Part shown: positions 57,571 through 64,000 of the stretch, piece by piece
Position numbering within the stretch: position 1 is the first letter of the stretch
Layout of the letters: each line of letters starts with the position of its first letter
DNA from: Chryseobacterium sp.
GTDB taxonomy: Bacteria; Bacteroidota; Bacteroidia; Flavobacteriales; Weeksellaceae
NCBI RefSeq assembly: GCF_045629545.1
Contig: NZ_JAZQRK010000052.1
Coordinates: forward strand, 1,256-65,255
Reading direction: 5' to 3'
DNA: 64,000 nt
The notes under the pieces: generated by a model
What the model was told of the DNA's origin: nothing
The model's input: only the letters and a program-made list of their open reading frames with translations
The model's database searches: none
Translations under genes and position numbers: made by a program

Positions 57571-59955
57571 ATGAAATTTAAATATAGCTTTTTGCTTATC
57601 CTGTTTGGATTTGCAATCACCTTTGCGCAGAAAACATTTACCATACAGGGTACTGTACAAGATTTTCATGATAAATCATTTTTAGAAAATGCCGTAGTAA
57701 AGCTTGGTGGATATTCTGCCAAAACAGATAAAAGCGGACATTTTTCTATTCGTAAAGTGCCATTTGGCAATTATACACTTATTGCGAAACATCCAGATTG
57801 TGATGATTATACTGAAAATATTGCCATCACGCAGGATATTAATTTGTCTATTACTTTAGAACATCACGAAGGTTCTATAGAAACTATTACTTTGCATAGC
57901 AATCACAAAACAAAAGGTTCTGTGATTATGCAAACGCTCTCTCAGTCGGATATAGAAAGAAACTCTTCCGAGAATTTGGGTAATCTACTGTCTAGGTTAT
58001 CTGGAGTTACCGCTTTGAAAACAGGAAATAATATATCAAAACCTGTGATACATGGTTTGTATGGGAGTAGGATTTCTATTCTTAATAATGGGGTGAAAAT
58101 GGCAGAACAAGAATGGGGTGTGGAGCATGCTCCGAATGTTGATGTCAATGATTTCGAACATATAGATGTCATCAAAGGTGCTTCAGCATTGAAGTACGGA
58201 AATGATGGAGTAGGCGGTGTCGTAATCATGGAGCCAATGGCGATTCCCAAAAAAGATACGATAATGGGAAATGTAAAACTCTCTGCAATATCTAATGGAA
58301 GAGGTGGCGAACTTTCGGCTAATATTCTGAAATCGTGGGAGCAAGATTGGTATGTGAAAACGGGTGGAAGCTACAAGAAATTGGGAGATTTGTATGTGCC
58401 TCATCACACGCTTCAAAACACTGGTGCAGAAGTAAATTCTTTCAATTTTTCTTTTGGGAAACATAGTTTTATGCAAGGTTTTGATGTTTCTTACAGTGGC
58501 ATCAATCAGGAATTTGGGATCTATAGAGGTGCGCATTTAGCGAGCCCGGAAGATTTTTATAATGCCATTAATTTCGGACAATCGTATTATCTAAATCAGT
58601 TTTCTTATGATATAGACAATCCAAAACAAAACGTAGCGCATCATATTGCCAAGATTTCTGCTTACAAACGATTTGCAAATTTCGGGAAGTTGACTTTTCA
58701 GTATAGTTATCAGCAAAATCGTAGAAAAGAATATGACATCCGAAGAGGAGAACTGAATGATTTGGCGTCTATGGATCTAAGATTAATCACGCATTCTGCA
58801 AGTTTGGTACATTTGGTAGAACGCTCAAACTGGAGTTTAGAAAGTGGAATTTCAGGTGCGTTTCAGGATAATTTTCCCAATCCTGCAACCAAAGCGAGAA
58901 GACTAATCCCTGATTATTATAAATATGATGCAGGAATTTTTTCGGTATTCAAATATAAATTTAATGCTAAACTTAATGCGGAAGTAGCAGCGAGATACGA
59001 TTTTAGCAGATATGATGCTTACAAATATTATGATTCTGATAAATGGGAAGACCAATATGCATCTACTTTTCCGAGCTTTTTTGTAAATGAATCTGGAAGT
59101 AGAACGCTTACAAGACCTATTTTAGATTATCATAATTTCTCAGCCAATTTGGGGTTTAACTATAGACCTATGCAAAATTTAGATTTTAAATTAAATATTT
59201 CTAGAGCGGATAGAACTCCCAATCCTGCAGAACTTTTTTCAGATGGATTGCATCATTCTGCGGCGATTATGGAAGAAGGAAATTTAAACATCAAAAAAGA
59301 AACGATATATAATTTTAATCTTGCTGTGGCTGGAAACTTCGATATTTTGAAAGGTCTTCATGTAGAATTGAATCCTTATTTAATGATTTCGAACAATTTC
59401 GTTAATCAAGTTCCTACAAGTGTAGTGAGCACCAATAGAGGTGTTTTCCCAGTTTGGACGTATCAGCAAATTAAGTCTAGAATGTATGGTTTGGATGCAG
59501 ATGCTGAGCTTTCTATTTTGGATCATTTAAAATGGAAGTCTGGATTTAGCATTTTGAGAGGAGATGATTTGTCTAACGATGAATCATTGATTTTGATGAT
59601 GCCTACAAAGCTTAGAAACTCGATAGAATTGAATCTTGATAAACCTTCTCATTTTTATGTTACTATAGAAAACGAAAACGTGTTTAAGCAAAACAGATTT
59701 CCGATAAGAGATTTGCCTGTAACTTTTATTAAGGATGGGGTGGAAACGAGCGAGACAGTAGATTTCAGTTCTACGCCAGCTGCGTACACTTTGTTTAATG
59801 CATCAATGGGTGTTGATATTTTCAAGAATATGAATATCAATTTTAGAATCAATAATATTTTTAACACAGAGTATCGTGAATATCTGAATAGATTGAGATA
59901 CTATATGTACGAGCCTGGAAGGAACTTCGTACTTACTTTGAAATATAATTTTTAA
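57571..59955 (+). CDS. TonB-dependent receptor with N-terminal carboxypeptidase-regulatory-like domain
   Basis: QEWGVEHAP, IDVIKGASALKYGNDGVGGVV, C-terminal EPGRNFVLTLKYNF. Confidence 0.92.
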   Translation: MKFKYSFLLILFGFAITFAQKTFTIQGTVQDFHDKSFLENAVVKLGGYSAKTDKSGHFSIRKVPFGNYTLIAKHPDCDDYTENIAITQDINLSITLEHHEGSIETITLHSNHKTKGSVIMQTLSQSDIERNSSENLGNLLSRLSGVTALKTGNNISKPVIHGLYGSRISILNNGVKMAEQEWGVEHAPNVDVNDFEHIDVIKGASALKYGNDGVGGVVIMEPMAIPKKDTIMGNVKLSAISNGRGGELSANILKSWEQDWYVKTGGSYKKLGDLYVPHHTLQNTGAEVNSFNFSFGKHSFMQGFDVSYSGINQEFGIYRGAHLASPEDFYNAINFGQSYYLNQFSYDIDNPKQNVAHHIAKISAYKRFANFGKLTFQYSYQQNRRKEYDIRRGELNDLASMDLRLITHSASLVHLVERSNWSLESGISGAFQDNFPNPATKARRLIPDYYKYDAGIFSVFKYKFNAKLNAEVAARYDFSRYDAYKYYDSDKWEDQYASTFPSFFVNESGSRTLTRPILDYHNFSANLGFNYRPMQNLDFKLNISRADRTPNPAELFSDGLHHSAAIMEEGNLNIKKETIYNFNLAVAGNFDILKGLHVELNPYLMISNNFVNQVPTSVVSTNRGVFPVWTYQQIKSRMYGLDADAELSILDHLKWKSGFSILRGDDLSNDESLILMMPTKLRNSIELNLDKPSHFYVTIENENVFKQNRFPIRDLPVTFIKDGVETSETVDFSSTPAAYTLFNASMGVDIFKNMNINFRINNIFNTEYREYLNRLRYYMYEPGRNFVLTLKYNF

Positions 59956-59981
59956 CAACAACTTTTTTAAATTTTATTAAA

Positions 59982-60545
59982 ATGAAAAAATTCATCAATA
60001 TATCACTCGTATTTTTATTTTCAATCATTTGTTTATCTTGTAGAAATGATAACGACAGCATTCCTGAAGATGTGCATGAGCACGACGAAATAGGTAAAAT
60101 AGTATTGAAACTGACTAATAAAAATGATGCTACAGATGTACAAACGGTAAATGTAATTTCTGGAAAAACAGATAACCACTTGCATGTGCATGCAGGAGAT
60201 ATTTATCTTGCAGAATTGGATTTCCAAATAAAGCATGACGATCATTATCACTCGTCACATGAGATAGAAGAGGAAAAAGACCATCATTTCATTACCTATT
60301 CTCCTGCCAATGCAAATATCATCGTGATGAGAGCAGCTAATGACTTGGTGAGAACAGACGGACAAAAGTTGGGTCTGAAAACAGAATGGACTATCAATTC
60401 TGCCCAATCTACAGGAAAAATGAACATTAAGCTGGTTCATGGTGCTACTTCAGTAAACCAGAATTATCCATCTGCTACAAACCAGCTAGGACAAACCAAT
60501 GGCGGAGAAACAGATGTAGATATTACCCTTGAAGTGCACGAGTAG
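59982..60545 (+). CDS. His-rich lipoprotein associated with the TonB receptor
   Basis: Lipobox LSC; VHEHDE, HLHVH, HDDHYHSSHE, DHHF, KLVH. Confidence 0.78.
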   Translation: MKKFINISLVFLFSIICLSCRNDNDSIPEDVHEHDEIGKIVLKLTNKNDATDVQTVNVISGKTDNHLHVHAGDIYLAELDFQIKHDDHYHSSHEIEEEKDHHFITYSPANANIIVMRAANDLVRTDGQKLGLKTEWTINSAQSTGKMNIKLVHGATSVNQNYPSATNQLGQTNGGETDVDITLEVHE

Positions 60546-60682
60546 TTGAGTACTTTATATAAAATTGAACAAATGGCATCTTTTATAGGATGTCTTTTTT
60601 ATTTAAATCTTAATATAATGTACAGAAAAAGTGATTTTAAGAAAAAAAACATTATTTTTGCAACCTAAAATTTTAATCAATA

Positions 60683-62017
60683 ATGAAGGTTACCGCAAAA
60701 AACCATGATGATGTAAGTTCATTACTTACAGTAACATTGGAGAAATCTGACTACAAAGAAAAAGTAGAAAAGCAATTGATTAATTATGCTAAAAATGCAC
60801 AAGTTCCTGGTTTTAGAAAAGGGAAAGTGCCTTTGAGTATGGTTAGAAAGCAATATGAAGCAGGAATTGCATTCGAAGAAATCAACAAACAAGTTTCTGA
60901 TGCTTTGAATACCTATATCAACGAAAACAAATTGAGACTAGTAGGTCAACCAGTACCTCAGCCTGTAAATGATTTCAATCATAACGCAGATCAGCTTGAA
61001 GTTTCTTTTGAAGTAGGATACGAACCAGAATTTACTATAGATTTATCCAAATATGAAGCGCTACACTACAAAGTAGAAGCGTCTGACAAAGAAATTACAA
61101 AGAGCATTGAAAACATGCAAAAGCGTTTCGCTGAGCAAGTTCCTCAAGATAAGATCAACAAAGATTCTTACATTGCTTTAGAAATTTCTCAGGTAGTAGA
61201 AGAAGGCGCTGAAGGTGAGCACAACCATGCTCCAAAACAAGCAAGCATCTCTGCTGAAAACAAAGAAGCTTTTAAATTGGTAAAAGCATTGAAAATGGAC
61301 GAGTCTGTAAAGGTTTCTAAAGAAACTCTTGCAGGTGACGAAGCATTAGCTAAAGCTTTAGGTTTCTCTACTGAAGAAGTAGAACACCTACACCACTCTG
61401 AAGTAGAAGTTAAAGTAAAAGATTTTTATGCTTTGAACTTAGCAGAACTTAATCAAGAATTATTCGATAAAGTATACGGTGCAGATAACATCAAAACTGA
61501 AGAAGAACTAAAAGCTAAAGTGAAAACTGAGCTAGATGAGTACTTCCAACAGAATGCAGATGTACATTTTGTAAATAAAATCTTAGAGCAAATTACTGAA
61601 AAAGAAGAAGTAAAACTTCCAGAAGAATTTTTAGTAAAATGGTTGGTATTCTCTAACGATACAGTACAAACTGAGGAGCAAGCTAAACTAATTCTTGAAA
61701 ACGAGAAAAACCAATTGAAATTCCAAATCATCGAAGGTAAATTGATGACGGAGAACGAAGTGAAGTTAGACTACGCTGACGTTTTAGCTCAAGCTGAATT
61801 GATGGTAAGAAACCAATTGGCTATCTATGGTATTCACCACTTAGGTGATGAAGAAATCCAGAAATACGCAGTTGAGATGTTGAAAGATCAAGATCAAGTA
61901 AGACAAATCTCTTCTGAAGTAGGTATGGCTAAATTGAAAGATGTAATTCTTGAAAAAGCGACTAAAAAAGAAACTGTGATCTCTCACGACGAATTTTTAG
62001 AAGAATTGAAGAAGTAA
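60683..62017 (+). CDS. tig: Trigger factor
   Basis: VPGFRKGKVP ribosome-binding signature. Confidence 0.93.
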   Translation: MKVTAKNHDDVSSLLTVTLEKSDYKEKVEKQLINYAKNAQVPGFRKGKVPLSMVRKQYEAGIAFEEINKQVSDALNTYINENKLRLVGQPVPQPVNDFNHNADQLEVSFEVGYEPEFTIDLSKYEALHYKVEASDKEITKSIENMQKRFAEQVPQDKINKDSYIALEISQVVEEGAEGEHNHAPKQASISAENKEAFKLVKALKMDESVKVSKETLAGDEALAKALGFSTEEVEHLHHSEVEVKVKDFYALNLAELNQELFDKVYGADNIKTEEELKAKVKTELDEYFQQNADVHFVNKILEQITEKEEVKLPEEFLVKWLVFSNDTVQTEEQAKLILENEKNQLKFQIIEGKLMTENEVKLDYADVLAQAELMVRNQLAIYGIHHLGDEEIQKYAVEMLKDQDQVRQISSEVGMAKLKDVILEKATKKETVISHDEFLEELKK

Positions 62018-62035
62018 TTTTCTTTCTTATACATA

Positions 62036-62070
62036 AACAAAACCCACCCATTCGGTGGGTTTTGTTGTTT
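62036..62070 (+). terminator. Terminator after tig
   Basis: aacaaaacccacc-cattc-ggtgggttttgtt. Confidence 0.8.
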
Positions 62071-62264
62071 TTGGTATTAAGTTTTTTTGTAAAGAGTAGA
62101 GATTTTTGCTTTAAGTAATCTCAATCCTTTCAAAATTAATTGTAACTATTTTTTTAATTTTTATTCTTAAAATATTGGTACTAATTGCAGGATTCTTTTA
62201 AATTTTCAGCTTAAATTTATTTAAAATTAAATATCTTTTTGCTTTTGTTATTTAGGCTTAAAAT

Positions 62265-62346
62265 ATTCATGCGCATGAATCTCATATTTCATGCGCATGA
62301 ATTGTCAAACTCATGCGCATGAATTGCGGAACTCATGCGCATGAGT
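62265..62346. repeat. Four copies of palindrome TCATGCGCATGA at exact 22-bp period
   Basis: Cores start at 62267, 62289, 62311 and 62333; 10-nt linkers atctcatatt, attgtcaaac, attgcggaac. Confidence 0.95.
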
Positions 62347-62533
62347 TTTTTAATTATTACAATATAAATTTTCTTTCATTTCATTAGGTGATGAAAACTA
62401 CTTATTATAAAAGGTTTGGACGTGCCTGCCTTATCTAGGATATTATCTCCTTATTTTTTTTAAAATATCATATAAAATCTCTTATTTCAGAATCAATCTA
62501 TATTCTTATATTTACCTTCTAAAATTTAAACAT

Positions 62534-63220
62534 ATGAAAAAGATCATCATACCTTTCCTTTGCGTTACGCTTTTCTCTACAGCAGTATCTGCACAAAAAA
62601 AAGCTACAACAAAGTTAGAATCTGCAAAACCTGCAGTAGCAGAGGTAAACTCTAAAACTATATTGGATAATTATCTTACTGCTTTGGGAGGAAAAGCCAA
62701 ATTGGAAGCTGTAAAATCTATCATTACAGAAGAGCAAATAAGCGTACAAGGAATGGATATTATCTCAGTCACTAAAAAGATGGGCAACAAATTCAAGTCT
62801 GTGCAGACAGTAATGGGGCAAAAGGTAACCACTGTATTTGATGGAAATAAAGGATATATGGACCAAATGGGGACAAAAACAGATTTTCCACAAGATAAGA
62901 TAGAAGAACTAAAGAAAGCAAAAACGATTGATGCATTGGGATTTGGTGACACTACTTATACCAATTCAGTAGAGAAAATAGATAACAAAAATTATAATGT
63001 TTTGACGTCAGATAGAGGGAAACTGTATTTTGATACAGCTACTGGGCTCTTGTACAAAACAAATATAGGTGGGGTAAATATGACCATCAAATCTTACAAA
63101 GAGGTAGATGGATTGAAGTTTCCTGAGCAAATGGAAGCAGAAGGCAATGGACAAAATATTGTAGTGAAAACAAGTAAAATCACCGTCAACAGTGGGGTTT
63201 CTGAGGCAGATTTTCAATAA
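62534..63220 (+). CDS. Exported protein homologous to the C-terminal domain of the 4566-6611 M16 protein
   Basis: Signal peptide; shared motifs Y..A.GGK, VFDG..GY..QMG.K, YKEV.G.KFP, EADF. Confidence 0.8.
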   Translation: MKKIIIPFLCVTLFSTAVSAQKKATTKLESAKPAVAEVNSKTILDNYLTALGGKAKLEAVKSIITEEQISVQGMDIISVTKKMGNKFKSVQTVMGQKVTTVFDGNKGYMDQMGTKTDFPQDKIEELKKAKTIDALGFGDTTYTNSVEKIDNKNYNVLTSDRGKLYFDTATGLLYKTNIGGVNMTIKSYKEVDGLKFPEQMEAEGNGQNIVVKTSKITVNSGVSEADFQ

Positions 63221-63377
63221 TACAACCCGATACACAGAATAGGAAAACTAGGGCTTGCTCTAGTTTTTTTTGGTAGATATTAAAATTTAACTCAATTTTA
63301 ACTAAAAATAATTATCTGATATGAGGATAAATTGTGAATAATGTATAATTTTAGTGCACAAAATTTATATATTATTT

Positions 63378-64000
63378 ATGAAAAGAATTTTATTATCATT
63401 AGGCGTTGTCTTCATGGCCTCAGCTAATGGCTTTGCACAAACCATTCCCGTAGATGCTTCGGTACGAACAGGTACACTCCCTAACGGCATGAAGTATTAT
63501 ATCAAAAAAAATACAATGCCAGAAAAAAAAGTAGACTTCCGTTTAGCCATCAATGCAGGTTCTATCCTTGAAGACGAAAACCAAAGAGGTCTTGCTCACT
63601 TTATGGAGCACATGAACTTCAATGGTACCAAAAATTTCCCAGACAACAAATTGGTAGATTTTCTACAATCTATTGGAGTAAAATTCGGTCAGCACCTTAA
63701 TGCCTATACAAGTTTTGATGAAACCGTGTATATGTTGCCTGTACCTTTGGACAAACCTGGTAATCTAGATTCTGGGCTTAAAGTGATGGAAGATTGGGCT
63801 TTCAATGCTACTCTTACCGACGAACAAATAAATAAAGAAAGAGGCGTAGTGCTAGAAGAATTGAGGCTTGGCTTGGGAGCGGACAAAAGAATGTCTGATA
63901 AATATTTGCCCAAACTATTATACAAATCTCAGTATGCTGAAAGATTGCCTATTGGTACCAAAGAAGTTTTAGAAAACTTCAAACCCGATGTGGTAAGACA
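63378..64000 (+). CDS. M16 family zinc peptidase (PqqL-like), partial; runs off the window
   Basis: Not in the ORF track. Manual translation MKRILLSLG...LPNGMKYYI...AGSILE..NQRGLAHFMEHMNFNGT...NAYTSFDETVY. Confidence 0.92.
   Translation, partial: MKRILLSLGVVFMASANGFAQTIPVDASVRTGTLPNGMKYYIKKNTMPEKKVDFRLAINAGSILEDENQRGLAHFMEHMNFNGTKNFPDNKLVDFLQSIGVKFGQHLNAYTSFDETVYMLPVPLDKPGNLDSGLKVMEDWAFNATLTDEQINKERGVVLEELRLGLGADKRMSDKYLPKLLYKSQYAERLPIGTKEVLENFKPDVVR

Noticed and set aside
62265-62346. CRISPR array
   Set aside because: Repeat is 12-16 bp and linkers are only 10 nt and partly similar; no cas genes or leader. Kept as a palindrome array instead.
2569-63925. Many 60-145 aa ORFs overlapping larger genes on the opposite strand or in another frame (e.g. 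7517-7939, 16619-17056, 21036-21482, 63704-63925)
   Set aside because: They lie over well-supported CDSs and have no recognisable motifs
1-64000. tRNA, rRNA, IS transposase, integrase or prophage
   Set aside because: No such sequences or ORFs recognised in the window

Overview
AT-rich bacterial chromosome segment. The gene content fits Bacteroidota/Flavobacteriia, probably Weeksellaceae (Chryseobacterium/Epilithonimonas-like). Most of it is housekeeping and metabolic: pepD (partial), recR, secG, an M16 peptidase pair, pcrA/uvrD, tyrosine catabolism (hppD, hmgA, fahA), two CoA-transferases, mpl, rng, HU, aqpZ, lpxH, queD, ABC-F and tig. The accessory content is more interesting. (1) A curli-type amyloid locus at 33.0-42.0 kb has two very long curlins, a short curlin-like protein, a probable CsgH-CsgE fusion, CsgF, CsgG fused to a beta-barrel, a TolB-like lipoprotein and a pseudo-receiver LuxR regulator; three of its promoters share motifs at identical spacing. 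(2) A detached T6SS-iii membrane-complex module (tssO/Q/P/R-like) has its own divergent regulator. (3) A HipA-like kinase is paired with DUF3037. (4) A nonsense-interrupted GxxExxY nuclease gene is flanked by direct and inverted repeats. (5) There are two TonB-receptor units: one with a DtxR/MntR-like operator over its promoter, the other preceded by a Cys/His leader ORF ending in RGPP. (6) A 4 x 22-bp palindrome array and a probable Flavo-1 RNA lie in intergenic DNA. I saw no rRNA, tRNA, CRISPR array or transposase. All family assignments come from motif recognition by eye; no searches were run.
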